Shown here: positions 10,635 to 19,193 of the stretch, in pieces
How the letters are laid out: the number at the start of each line of letters is the position of its first letter
Numbering within the stretch: position 1 is the stretch's first letter
Assembly (NCBI GenBank): GCA_046726015.1
Contig: JBKOZS010000228.1
Span: 1 to 52,299 of the forward strand
From: Acidobacteriota bacterium
GTDB taxonomy: Bacteria; Acidobacteriota; Vicinamibacteria; Vicinamibacterales; 2-12-FULL-66-21
Length of the DNA: 52,299 nucleotides
Direction: 5' to 3'
Program-made: the position numbers and the translations under genes
The notes under the pieces: model-generated
What the model was told of the DNA's origin: nothing
Database searches by the model: none
The model's input: the letters and a program-made list of their open reading frames with translations, nothing else

Positions 10635-11854
10635 CAGCTGCCTCCGGCAATCTGCAGTGGAATCGCCACAAGTGCGAGAAGGAACCCCATCACGGTGACG
10701 GCCGACACGACGATGTTCGAGATCCAGCCGTTGGTGTACGGGCCCAGGTAGTCTTCGTCGTTCATGATCACCAGCAGCGGCAGCACGAGCGCCGGCATGA
10801 CGACAACGTTGAACGCCATCGCCAGCATGGTGATCTTCAGCGGGTTGAAGCCGATGGCCACGATGATCGACGCGACGAGAATGGCAATCGTGTAAGTTGC
10901 CGCGAATCGCGCGTCGTCGGCAGGCTGCAAATCTTCGCTCCAGTTCCACCCGAACGCCTGCGCCAGCGTGTAACTCAGGTTCAGCGAAACCTGGAGCGCC
11001 GCACCGACGCACGCGATCCCGAGCGATAACGCGAACAGCGTCGCTCCCAGCCGCGCACCGAGCGACAGCGACAGAGCGGCCTGCATCTCCTCGAACGTGT
11101 TCGCATCGACGCCGCGCGGGAACAGCGTCATCGCGCAGACGATCAGCATGGCGGCGCCGACACAGCCGCCGAACGTCATCCCTACGCCTGCGGCGATCCT
11201 GTTCACCGGAAGATCTTCCGCCTTCCATTTCTCTTCCACCGCTCCCGCAGAGTAGAAATTCAGCACGTATGGGCTGAGCAGCGAGCCAAGCATGCTGACA
11301 GCGAGAAACCAGTACTGCGCGGGCTTATCGGGCGGCAGCGTCGGCTTGAGCCCGGCGACGATCTCGCGGAGCGAAGGGCCCTCGGTCCACGCAGCCCAGA
11401 CGAAGCAGAGCGTGATCAGTCCGAGCAGCGCCACGCCCTCCTCGATCGCCTCGAACTTGCCGCGCCACAGGAGCAGCCAGATCGCGAAGCCGACGGGAAG
11501 CGCCCACCACGGAAATCCGATCCCCGTCAGCAGCTTGATGGCCACGGCCACGCCGCCGATCTCGGCGGCGAGCACGGTGACATCGAGAAACAACTCCGAG
11601 AACAACGGGAGCGCGTGGTAGCGAAAGCCGAAACGCTCGCGGATGGCATCGGCCAGCGTGTGCTTGCTGATGGCCGCGAGTCGGCCGAGCATCTCCGAAA
11701 GGAACACGATGCAGAGCGTGCCCAGGGCGGCAACCCACAGCAGCCGGAACTCGAACACGGCGCCGGCCTGCGCAAACGTGGCGATGGTGCCGGCATCGAG
11801 GAAGCCGCCGATGGCAGTGACGACCCCAAGGGCGATTTTAAGGAACCCTTTCAT
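10634..11854 (-). CDS. NRAMP-family transporter, non-canonical metal-site motifs
   Basis: 406 aa with a polytopic NRAMP-like sequence. The TM1 DPGN motif reads LDAGT, and the TM6 A..MPH region reads SLLSPY. I therefore do not call it mntH. Confidence 0.8.
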   Translation of the reverse strand: MKGFLKIALGVVTAIGGFLDAGTIATFAQAGAVFEFRLLWVAALGTLCIVFLSEMLGRLAAISKHTLADAIRERFGFRYHALPLFSELFLDVTVLAAEIGGVAVAIKLLTGIGFPWWALPVGFAIWLLLWRGKFEAIEEGVALLGLITLCFVWAAWTEGPSLREIVAGLKPTLPPDKPAQYWFLAVSMLGSLLSPYVLNFYSAGAVEEKWKAEDLPVNRIAAGVGMTFGGCVGAAMLIVCAMTLFPRGVDANTFEEMQAALSLSLGARLGATLFALSLGIACVGAALQVSLNLSYTLAQAFGWNWSEDLQPADDARFAATYTIAILVASIIVAIGFNPLKITMLAMAFNVVVMPALVLPLLVIMNDEDYLGPYTNGWISNIVVSAVTVMGFLLALVAIPLQIAGGS

Positions 11855-12630
11855 TCCAGACGGAACACTCCTCGAAGCGGACCTGGTCCGGCGTCTCCGG
11901 GGTAGTAGACGCTTTCAAGAAAGAGGCCAGCGGCAGGAGCGGTCAGCGTTGCGGGGACGCCGGAGCGTTGTTCGAGGAACCCGGCGGCGCCATCGACGGT
12001 CAACTCGCCACGTCCCACTGCGGCGAGCACGCCAACCATCCGGCGAACCATGCGCCAGAGGAAATGCGACCCCTGGATGCGAATCACCAGCAGGGCGCCG
12101 TCCTCGACAATGTCGAGTCGGTCGACCATCACCTTCGTCGACTTCTCACCTGGTTCATCGGCGGTAAACGACTCGAAGTTTTTCATGCCGACGAACGAGG
12201 CGGCAGCCTCACGCACGCGCGACACATCGAGCGGATCCTTGATCCACCACACGTACGGTTTGAAGAATGCCGTCTTGCGGCGTGCGATCTGATACAGGTA
12301 GCTGCGCGACACCGCGTCGTGTCGCGCGTGGAAACGATGTGGGACTTTTTCGATCTGGCGAATATAGATGTCGGCGGGGAGCGCGTCGTTGATTCGCGAC
12401 CGCAGCGTCGCAGGCGGCAAGTCCGTGTACAACTCGAGATGCGCGACCTGCGCCAGCGCATGCACACCTGCGTCGGTCCGTCCTGCCCCATACAGTTCGA
12501 ATTCCCGGCGTCTGGTGACCTCGCGGATCGCCTGGTCGATCTCTCCCTGGACCGTCCGCGCGTTTTTCTGAATCTGCCAGCCGCTATACCGCGCGCCCGA
12601 GTATTCGATCACCAGCTTGAAGCGCGGCAC
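11851..12630 (-). CDS. truA: tRNA pseudouridine(38-40) synthase
   Basis: 259 aa. MPRFKLVIEYSGARYSGWQIQ, the catalytic-Asp motif GAGRTDAGVHA, and GSHFLWRMVRRMVG are classic TruA blocks. Confidence 0.9.
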   Translation of the reverse strand: MPRFKLVIEYSGARYSGWQIQKNARTVQGEIDQAIREVTRRREFELYGAGRTDAGVHALAQVAHLELYTDLPPATLRSRINDALPADIYIRQIEKVPHRFHARHDAVSRSYLYQIARRKTAFFKPYVWWIKDPLDVSRVREAAASFVGMKNFESFTADEPGEKSTKVMVDRLDIVEDGALLVIRIQGSHFLWRMVRRMVGVLAAVGRGELTVDGAAGFLEQRSGVPATLTAPAAGLFLESVYYPGDAGPGPLRGVFRLE

Positions 12631-13578
12631 CTACGTAACCAGATGAAGCGCCTTGCTTGCGATGGCGGTGTCCTGAAAGCCGACGCCGGTCAGATCGGCA
12701 ATCGTGATCTGATCGTTGCGGGTCCGTCCTGGTTTGCGTCCGGCCACGACCTCGCCCAGTTCGCCATGGACGTCGCGACGCGTCACGAGGCCAGCGTCGA
12801 GCGCATGTCTCAGTTCCCCAAACGCGGCGCACTGCGCGAAGCGATCGACGACGACGAGGTCGGCGCGATCGAGGCAGGCGGCCTCGAGTTCCTGCTTGCC
12901 GGGAGCATCGGCGCCGACCGCGGTGACGTGCTGGCCAGGATGGAGCCACTCGGCTTTCACGAGCGGCGCGCGCGACGGCGTCGCCGTGATCAACACGTCC
13001 GCTTCGCGGCAGACGGATTCCGCGTCCGGCGCGGGTGCCGCGTCGTACCCCGCAAGGCGCATCTCATCACAGTAGGCCTGCACGTGCGCGCGGTTTGGAC
13101 TCCACACGACGAGACGCAGGAACGCCCTGACAACCCGAAGGCAATGCACCTGGTGACGCGCCTGCAGGCCGCTGCCGAGCACCCCGACGATGGCGACGGT
13201 GGAGGGGGCGAGGACGTCGGCGGCGATGGCGCCGGCGGCGCCCGTGCGGACATCCGTGAGAAAGCCGTTGTCGAACAGCATCGCCACCGGCAGTCCGGTC
13301 GTGGCATCGAACACCGCCATCAATCCGGATCCGCTTGGTAAGCCCTTTGCGGGATTGTCGTAGAAGCCGCTGGCGACCTTCACCGCGATGTGGGGCACTC
13401 CCTCGATCAACGCCGTCTTCACGTGGAACTCACCGTGCGCCTGGGGCACCTCGAGGTTGATGACGGCCGGCACGTGCGTGCGCCCTTCGCCGTCCGCGCG
13501 GAACGCCTCACGCATCGCGTCGACGGCGTGCTCCGCGGTGATCACGTGGCGCAGTGCCGTCTCGTCGATGGTCCGCAT
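12631..13578 (-). CDS. ornithine cyclodeaminase / mu-crystallin family protein
   Basis: This is the C-terminal 315 aa of track ORF 12631..14220, starting at MRTIDETAL. It has a Rossmann motif (VGVLGSGLQA), DVRTGAAGA and TAVGAD blocks. The N-terminal 214 aa of the track ORF are a shadow overlapping the methyltransferase gene in another frame. Confidence 0.85.
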   Translation of the reverse strand: MRTIDETALRHVITAEHAVDAMREAFRADGEGRTHVPAVINLEVPQAHGEFHVKTALIEGVPHIAVKVASGFYDNPAKGLPSGSGLMAVFDATTGLPVAMLFDNGFLTDVRTGAAGAIAADVLAPSTVAIVGVLGSGLQARHQVHCLRVVRAFLRLVVWSPNRAHVQAYCDEMRLAGYDAAPAPDAESVCREADVLITATPSRAPLVKAEWLHPGQHVTAVGADAPGKQELEAACLDRADLVVVDRFAQCAAFGELRHALDAGLVTRRDVHGELGEVVAGRKPGRTRNDQITIADLTGVGFQDTAIASKALHLVT

Positions 13579-13580
13579 GA

Positions 13581-14213
13581 TTACGCGAGAGGTTTCCGGC
13601 CGCGCGCGATGAAGATGGTGATGGACGCCTGAGTGCCGCAGTTCGACGTGGGACAGCATGTCTCCTGCGTGTCGCCGACCGTCACCTCCTCGAGGCCGGC
13701 ATCGAGGAACCACGATGCGACGTCGCCACGGGCGAACCCGAGCCAGCGATCGTGCTGCTCGGTCCGCAGCCACTCGTGCGTGTGCGTGTCGGCATCGGTG
13801 ATGACCAGCGTGCCGCCAGGTTTCAGGACGCGGGCCCACTCGCGGATCGCGCCGGCGGGATCCTCCGCGTGATGCAGCACCATATTGGCGAGCACCGCGT
13901 CGACTTCTCTCTCTGCCAGCGGCAACCGCTCGCCGTCCCCGCGTCGCGCCTCGAACGGATGATTCGCGAACTTCGTACGCGCCTGGTCGAGCATGGCGTC
14001 TGAGATGTCGATGCCGATCACTCGCGCGCCAGCGTCGAGCGCGGCCTCGGCAAGAAAGCCGGTGCCGATACCAACATCGGCGACGACCATTCCGGGCCCG
14101 ACGCGGGCCGCCGCGATTGACGCGCGACGTACACCGTCGCCAAAGAATCGCTGCCGCATCTCGTCCCAGCGGCTGGCCACGTCGTTGAAATACTCGCGCG
14201 TATCGTCCGACAT
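13581..14213 (-). CDS. class I SAM-dependent methyltransferase
   Basis: 210 aa with the SAM motif I VADVGIGTGFLAE, plus VIGIDISDAML and LKPGGTLVITD. Confidence 0.85.
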   Translation of the reverse strand: MSDDTREYFNDVASRWDEMRQRFFGDGVRRASIAAARVGPGMVVADVGIGTGFLAEAALDAGARVIGIDISDAMLDQARTKFANHPFEARRGDGERLPLAEREVDAVLANMVLHHAEDPAGAIREWARVLKPGGTLVITDADTHTHEWLRTEQHDRWLGFARGDVASWFLDAGLEEVTVGDTQETCCPTSNCGTQASITIFIARGRKPLA

Positions 14214-14263
14214 ATGTCACCGGTGCCTGACGTCACTCAGAGGCCGGGGAGGCCACTTAGCGC

Positions 14264-14659
14264 TTACTTCGGAATGACGGCGACCGCATCAATCTCCACG
14301 CGCATCCCGGCGCCGGGCAGGTTCGAGACCTCCACCGTCGTGCGCGCCGGGCGGTGGTTGCCGAACATGCGGCCATACACCTCGTTCATCCGCGGGAATT
14401 CCTTGATGTCGACGAGGAAGACGCCGCAGCGCAGGACGTGCTGGAGACCGGAACCGGCCTCCTCCAGGATCGCCGCGATATTCTTCAGCACCTGTTCTGT
14501 CTGTGCTTCGACGTCGGGACCGACCAGCTGGTTCGTGGAGGGGTCACGTCCCCCTTGCCCTGAGACGAAGACGAGGTTCCCCGCAATGGTCGCCGGGGCG
14601 TACGGACCCGCGGGGGCCGGCAGCCTGGCGCTGGTCACCAGTTGCACTTGATCGCTCAT
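14264..14659 (-). CDS. RidA/YjgF family reactive-intermediate deaminase
   Basis: 131 aa. GPYAPATIAGNLVFVSGQ, QTEQVLKNIAAILEEAG and PARTTVEVSNLP...VEIDAVA are typical of the family. Confidence 0.9.
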   Translation of the reverse strand: MSDQVQLVTSARLPAPAGPYAPATIAGNLVFVSGQGGRDPSTNQLVGPDVEAQTEQVLKNIAAILEEAGSGLQHVLRCGVFLVDIKEFPRMNEVYGRMFGNHRPARTTVEVSNLPGAGMRVEIDAVAVIPK

Positions 14660-14725
14660 CCCGCCATCCTATTCGAGGAGACGCGCCGGCCCTAGTAGAA
14701 CCGACCCGTCGCGCGTGAACAGCCA

Positions 14726-15328
14726 ATGACCTTACCGAACCCGGGCATCCTGCTGGTGGCCGCTGTCCTCAGCGCCGCACCCGTTGCACCGCCGCGCGCG
14801 CAGGGAGACTCCGCGCGCGAAGCGCTGAACATCGGGCGCACGCACGATCAGGCCCTCTATGACGCGTTCAGCGCCGGCTACCGTCTTACGCCGTCGGGCA
14901 TCGTCGACAGCATCGAGGTGATTACCGAATTCCGCCGCGCCGTGCTCATCGTCCGCGAGCGCGCGATGCAGGGGGAATACTCCTTCACAACGCACGACCT
15001 TGCCGCCGCGATGACGCCGTTTCGGGGCCTCGTGACGTTCATCGCGGACGTGCGCCTGCACCCGCTCAACACGTTTGCCGGTCCGCCGGCCTACGATCTC
15101 TACGTCCGGACCGGTCCCGACACGAAGCCCGTCGCGGCGCCCAAGATCATGCGCGACCCGGTATATCCACCGGGAAGCGGGCCGGGGAGCGCGATGACGT
15201 CGATTCGCCTGGAAGCATCGTTCCCCCGCGCCGAGATCGCCGGGGCAAGCGAGCCAATGCTCATCCTGAACGACGAGCGCGGGAACGTCATCTGGCAGAC
15301 CCGGCTCGACCTCGCGCGCTTTCGATAA
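14726..15328 (+). CDS. hypothetical secreted protein
   Basis: 200 aa with an ATG start and a signal-like N-terminus (ILLVAAVLSAAPVAPPRAQG). Amino-acid composition is sensible. The 265-aa minus ORF 14732..15529 is its same-register antisense shadow. Confidence 0.5.
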   Translation: MTLPNPGILLVAAVLSAAPVAPPRAQGDSAREALNIGRTHDQALYDAFSAGYRLTPSGIVDSIEVITEFRRAVLIVRERAMQGEYSFTTHDLAAAMTPFRGLVTFIADVRLHPLNTFAGPPAYDLYVRTGPDTKPVAAPKIMRDPVYPPGSGPGSAMTSIRLEASFPRAEIAGASEPMLILNDERGNVIWQTRLDLARFR

Positions 15329-15403
15329 CGGAACGCAGCGTGCCTCTGATTTGCATGGAAGTGTTACGGCGGAGTATCGTCGCGGTAACATACAGGGCCC
15401 ACC

Positions 15404-15685
15404 TTGAAACCCAGACCTCGCACCCACACCGACGCGCTGCTCGCTCTCGCGCTTGATCTGCTTGCGCAGGCCGAGGCCCATCATCGGGTCGCGAACCGCC
15501 TCGAAGTGGCAACCAGGGTGTTCGCACACGGTGCGCCCGAGCGTCGCAAGGCCGATCCCGCGCAGATTCGACAGGTGCGCGAACAGGTCACTGCCCTCGA
15601 GGATCTGGCGAAGACTAACCGTAACCTGTTGACCGAGTTCACTCGCGAGCTGGAACTCCTCCTCGGTCGCGCCCGCGGCGCGTAA
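15404..15685 (+). CDS. small helical hypothetical protein (weak call)
   Basis: 93 aa with a TTG start. By hand count, GC3 in this frame is higher than in the same-register antisense frame. I recognise no family. Confidence 0.3.
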   Translation: MKPRPRTHTDALLALALDLLAQAEAHHRVANRLEVATRVFAHGAPERRKADPAQIRQVREQVTALEDLAKTNRNLLTEFTRELELLLGRARGA

Positions 15686-15694
15686 GCTCGACCT

Positions 15695-15928
15695 TTAGCT
15701 GGTCCGTATTTTGATTTCGTCTGCAACCATGGAGTTGCGGAAAGAACGACCGTACGTGCTGGTCATTGGGTCGACAGAATCCGATCCGTCTGGATCCCTG
15801 GCGACGTGCCGATCCTGGCGATTGCCGGCGAGCCAGCGGACCAGCAGTTCATGATCGAACTTGCGGTCAAACCGTGTGATATCGAGACGCTCGATCGCGA
15901 GATCAGGCGGATCATCGACACGATTCAC
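15695..15928 (-). CDS. small hypothetical protein (weak call; start set after the heptamer array)
   Basis: This is the part of track ORF 15695..16069 downstream of an in-frame GTG at 15928 (VNRVDDPPDLAIERLDITRFDRKFDHELLVRWLAG...). The upstream 47 codons merely translate the CCTCGCR repeat. The region has visibly lower GC than its surroundings. A competing plus-frame reading exists (see findings). Confidence 0.25.
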   Translation of the reverse strand: MNRVDDPPDLAIERLDITRFDRKFDHELLVRWLAGNRQDRHVARDPDGSDSVDPMTSTYGRSFRNSMVADEIKIRTS

Positions 15929-15931
15929 TGA

Positions 15932-16007
15932 CGCCTCGCGCCTCGCGCCTCCCGCCGCGCCTCGCACCTCGCACCTCGCGCCTCGCACCTCGCGCATCGC
16001 GCCTCGG
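15932..16007 (+). repeat. tandem heptamer array (CCTCGCR)n, about 11 units
   Basis: It reads cgcctcg cgcctcg cgcctcc cgccgcg cctcgca cctcgca cctcgcg cctcgca cctcgcg catcgcg cctcgg. The plus strand is C-rich. The array ends 37 nt upstream of the M16 peptidase ATG. Confidence 0.8.
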
Positions 16008-16044
16008 ACCCTGTGTGGCCCGTGCCTCGTGTTACATTCGAACG

Positions 16045-18888
16045 ATGGTCCGTCTTCGCCTGCTCCCACTGATCACTCTTCTCGTCACGCTCACGCCCGT
16101 GATGCGTGCGCAGCAGGCCGCGCCTGCGCCGGCACAGCCGCCGCCCGCCTTCTCGCCGCAGGACACGATCCCGTTCGACCCGGCTGTGAAAACCGGGACG
16201 CTGGCGAACGGGCTGAAGTATTACGTGCGCAAGAACGGTCGGCCGGCCAATCGCGTGCTGCTGCGGCTCGCGGTCAAGACTGGATCGCTGCAGGAGGCGG
16301 ACGATCAGCAGGGGCTCGCGCATATGCTCGAGCACATGGCGTTCAACGGCAGCGCCCACTTCAAACCGGGTGAGCTGGTCTCCTACTTCGAATCCACCGG
16401 CGCGCGGCTCGGACCGCACGTCAATGCCTACACGAGCTTCGACGAAACGGTCTACATGCTCGACCTGCCGTCGGACAAGCCGGAGATCGTCGAAAAGGGG
16501 CTGACCGCCATGGCGGATTACGCCGGCGGCCTGACGCTCGATCCAAAGGAGATCGACAAGGAACGCGGGGTCGTCATCGAAGAGTGGCGCGGCGGCCTTG
16601 GCGCGTCATCGCGCGTCCGCGACAAGCAGATTCCTGTGTTGTATTACCACTCGCGCTACGCGGAACGCCTGCCGATCGGCAAGCCCGACATCCTGCGCAC
16701 GTTCAAGCCGGAGCGGCTCCGCGCGTACTACGACACGTTTTATCGTCCCGAGCGTATGGCGGTCGTGGCGGTTGGCGACATGGACCCGCAGAAGCTGGAG
16801 GCGGGGATCCGCGCCGCCTTCGCGGAGGTCAAGGATCGGGCGCCTGCCGCCGCCGATCCGAACATCGATGTGCCGCTTCACAAGGAAACGCTCGTCAGCG
16901 TCGTCACCGACCCCGAAGTCACGCGCTCCACGGTCAGCATCGTCCGCAAGCGCCCGAGGGAAGAGGAGTCGCGCGTGGCCGACTATCGCCGGGACCTGGT
17001 GCAGCGGTTCTTCTCAACGATGCTGAACGACCGGTTCGACGAGCTGACGCGCCGGCCTGATGCGAAGTTCCTCGGCGCGGGGATGTATAGCGGCAACCTG
17101 AGCCCCACGGTGGAAACGGTCTCGTTTGGCGTGAACGTGCAGGACGGGAAAATCCCCGAAGGTCTTACGGCGGTCGCCATCGAAGCGAAGCGTGCGCGCG
17201 AGCACGGGTTCGCGGATGCCGAGCTCGACCGTGCCAAGAAGTGGATGCTTGCCTCGTACGAGCGCGCCTACAACGAGCGCGACAAGACGGAAAGCTCGTC
17301 GTTCGCCCAGGAGTACTTGAATCACTTCCTCGAAGTGGAGCCGAGCCCCGGCATCGAGTACGAGTACAAACTGGTGCAGCAACTGCTGCCTGGCATCTCG
17401 GCGTCCGAGGTGTCGGCGATTGCCAAGACGCTGCTCGCGGACGACAGCCGCGTGGTCCTCGCGCTGACGCCGCAGAAGACGGGCGTGACGGTGCCCACGG
17501 AAGAACAGGTGCGCGCCGCGCTGGCCGCGGCGGAAAGCGCGGCCGTTACTCCCTGGCATGACACCACGTCCACGCGCGATCTGATCGAACATGTCCCCGA
17601 CCCTGCCGCCGTCACCGCACGCCGCCAGTTGCCGGACGTCGACGTCACGGTCGTCAAGTTCGCGAACGGCATCGAGGCGTGGCTGCGGCCGACGGATTTC
17701 AAGAACGACCAGGTGGTGTTCACGATGTATGCGAAGGGGGGCTCGTCGCTCGCGCCGACCGCGGATTTCGTGGAAGCATCGCTGGCCCCGGGATACGTCC
17801 GGCTGTCGGGTGCCGCAGGCCTGAAAGCGCTCGACCTGCAGAAGATGCTCGCGGGCAAGATTGCCGACGCGTCGCCGTTCATCAGCCTGTCGACACATGG
17901 ATTCTCCGGTTCCGCTTCTCCCGCGCACCTCGAGACCGCGCTGCAGCTGCTGTATGCGCGCTTCACGGCGCCCGGGGATGATCCCGAAGCGTTCGACCTG
18001 ATCAAGCGCCAGCTGACGGCCACGGTCGTCAATCGACTCGCCAATCCCGGCGTCGTATTCAGCGACAAGCTGGAAGAAGTGAACTCGTCGGGCCACTACA
18101 CGTCGCAGCCGTTGACCGTGGACCGGATCAACCAGCTCGATCGCGGCAAGATGGTCTCGTTCTACCACGACCGTTTTTCGAACGCGGCAGATTTCACGTT
18201 GTTCATGGTTGGCGCCTTCAAGGTGGACGAAGTCGTACCGCTGCTCGCGCGTTACGTCGGCACGCTGCCGTCAAAGGGGACTGGCGGGTCGACGTTCAAG
18301 GATGTCGGCATTCACTTCCCCGGCGACATCAAGCGCGCGACGGTGGAAAAGGGCAGCGAGCCCAAGAGCGAAACCGTCATCAGCTTTTTTGCGGATCCGC
18401 CGGTCGAACCGATGGAGCAGGAACGCATCAGCGCCGCGACCGACGTCCTCGAGATCTCGTTGCGCGACATCCTCCGCGAGGAACTCGGCCAGACCTACAC
18501 CGTCTCCGTTGATTCCGTGCAGCTGTTCCCGCAGAAAGGGGGCGGCAATATCGAGGTGAGCTTCGGGGCCGCTCCCGAAAACATCCAGAAAATGTCGGAG
18601 CGGGTGCTGGAGGAGGTGCGGCGGCTGCAGAAAGAAGGCCCGTCAGCGGACCTGCTGAACCGTGCGAAGGAGACCGCGCGGCGGAACTACGAAACGTCAC
18701 TGAAGCAGAACGGCTACTGGCTCGGCCGCCTGCAGTTCGTCCACATGTACGGCCAGGATCCTGCCCTGATCGTGCACCGGACCGATCGCATCGACGCGCT
18801 CACCATCCCGATGATGCAGGAGACGTTCAAGAAGTACTTCCCGCTCGATCGCCACACCGTCGTCACGCTCATGCCGGCGCCGAAGTAA
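16045..18888 (+). CDS. M16 (pitrilysin/insulinase) family zinc peptidase, double-length
   Basis: Track ORF 16015..18888; I prefer the ATG at 16045 (MVRLRLLPLITLLVTLTPVMRAQQ, a signal peptide). It has the inverted zinc motif HxxEH in GLAHMLEHMAFNGS. Its ~947 aa correspond to two M16 active/inactive domain pairs. Confidence 0.9.
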   Translation: MVRLRLLPLITLLVTLTPVMRAQQAAPAPAQPPPAFSPQDTIPFDPAVKTGTLANGLKYYVRKNGRPANRVLLRLAVKTGSLQEADDQQGLAHMLEHMAFNGSAHFKPGELVSYFESTGARLGPHVNAYTSFDETVYMLDLPSDKPEIVEKGLTAMADYAGGLTLDPKEIDKERGVVIEEWRGGLGASSRVRDKQIPVLYYHSRYAERLPIGKPDILRTFKPERLRAYYDTFYRPERMAVVAVGDMDPQKLEAGIRAAFAEVKDRAPAAADPNIDVPLHKETLVSVVTDPEVTRSTVSIVRKRPREEESRVADYRRDLVQRFFSTMLNDRFDELTRRPDAKFLGAGMYSGNLSPTVETVSFGVNVQDGKIPEGLTAVAIEAKRAREHGFADAELDRAKKWMLASYERAYNERDKTESSSFAQEYLNHFLEVEPSPGIEYEYKLVQQLLPGISASEVSAIAKTLLADDSRVVLALTPQKTGVTVPTEEQVRAALAAAESAAVTPWHDTTSTRDLIEHVPDPAAVTARRQLPDVDVTVVKFANGIEAWLRPTDFKNDQVVFTMYAKGGSSLAPTADFVEASLAPGYVRLSGAAGLKALDLQKMLAGKIADASPFISLSTHGFSGSASPAHLETALQLLYARFTAPGDDPEAFDLIKRQLTATVVNRLANPGVVFSDKLEEVNSSGHYTSQPLTVDRINQLDRGKMVSFYHDRFSNAADFTLFMVGAFKVDEVVPLLARYVGTLPSKGTGGSTFKDVGIHFPGDIKRATVEKGSEPKSETVISFFADPPVEPMEQERISAATDVLEISLRDILREELGQTYTVSVDSVQLFPQKGGGNIEVSFGAAPENIQKMSERVLEEVRRLQKEGPSADLLNRAKETARRNYETSLKQNGYWLGRLQFVHMYGQDPALIVHRTDRIDALTIPMMQETFKKYFPLDRHTVVTLMPAPK

Positions 18889-18896
18889 TTCGGCAC

Positions 18897-19013
18897 CTAC
18901 CGCCCTCCTCCGAAATGCCGAACGACTAATTCCACGATCACGACGGCTGCAAGCACTGACGTCGCGAGCGCGATCAGTACCCACATCATCATCTTCTTGT
19001 ATTCAGAGTCCAT
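18897..19013 (-). CDS. possible 38-aa single-pass membrane peptide
   Basis: Not in the track because it is under 60 aa. My translation is MDSEYKKMMMWVLIALATSVLAAVVIVELVVRHFGGGR*. An AGGA lies about 6 nt upstream of the ATG. The ATG is 21 nt from the left arm of the heptamer cassette. Confidence 0.3.
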   Translation of the reverse strand: MDSEYKKMMMWVLIALATSVLAAVVIVELVVRHFGGGR

Positions 19014-19034
19014 TTCCAGTCCTAATTATGTCTG

Positions 19035-19193
19035 ATTGGCGACTGCCGATTGCAGATTGAAGATTCACGGATTGCTGATTGTCGATTGTCGATTTGGATT
19101 GCTGATTGCGGATTGGATTGACGATTCTCGGATTGTTGATTCCCATTGCCGATTGCCGATTACGATTGTCGATTGCGATTGTCGATTGGTGAT
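19035..19193 (+). repeat. left arm: about 23 degenerate GATTGNN heptamers
   Basis: It reads (g)attggc gactgcc gattgca gattgaa gattcac ggattgct gattgtc gattgtc gatttg gattgct gattgcg gattg gattgac ... gattgtc gattggt gatc. It ends at the stop codon of the four-helix-bundle gene. Confidence 0.85.

Noticed and set aside
12631-14220. 529-aa ORF read as one protein. The same issue arises with the long N-terminal extensions of 10248..11228, 31282..32517, 32370..34007, 35493..36587 and 36711..38207.
   Set aside because: The N-terminal parts are Arg-rich shadows that overlap the upstream gene in another frame. Internal ATGs give normal N-termini (signal peptides, a lipobox, ATGA overlaps with the preceding stop).
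15740-15931. Response-regulator receiver domain gene on the plus strand
   Set aside because: Only the C-terminal half resembles a receiver domain, and no phospho-acceptor Asp region is present. The upstream part of the frame has low GC3 and no usable start codon. It is kept only as a low-interest ambiguity.
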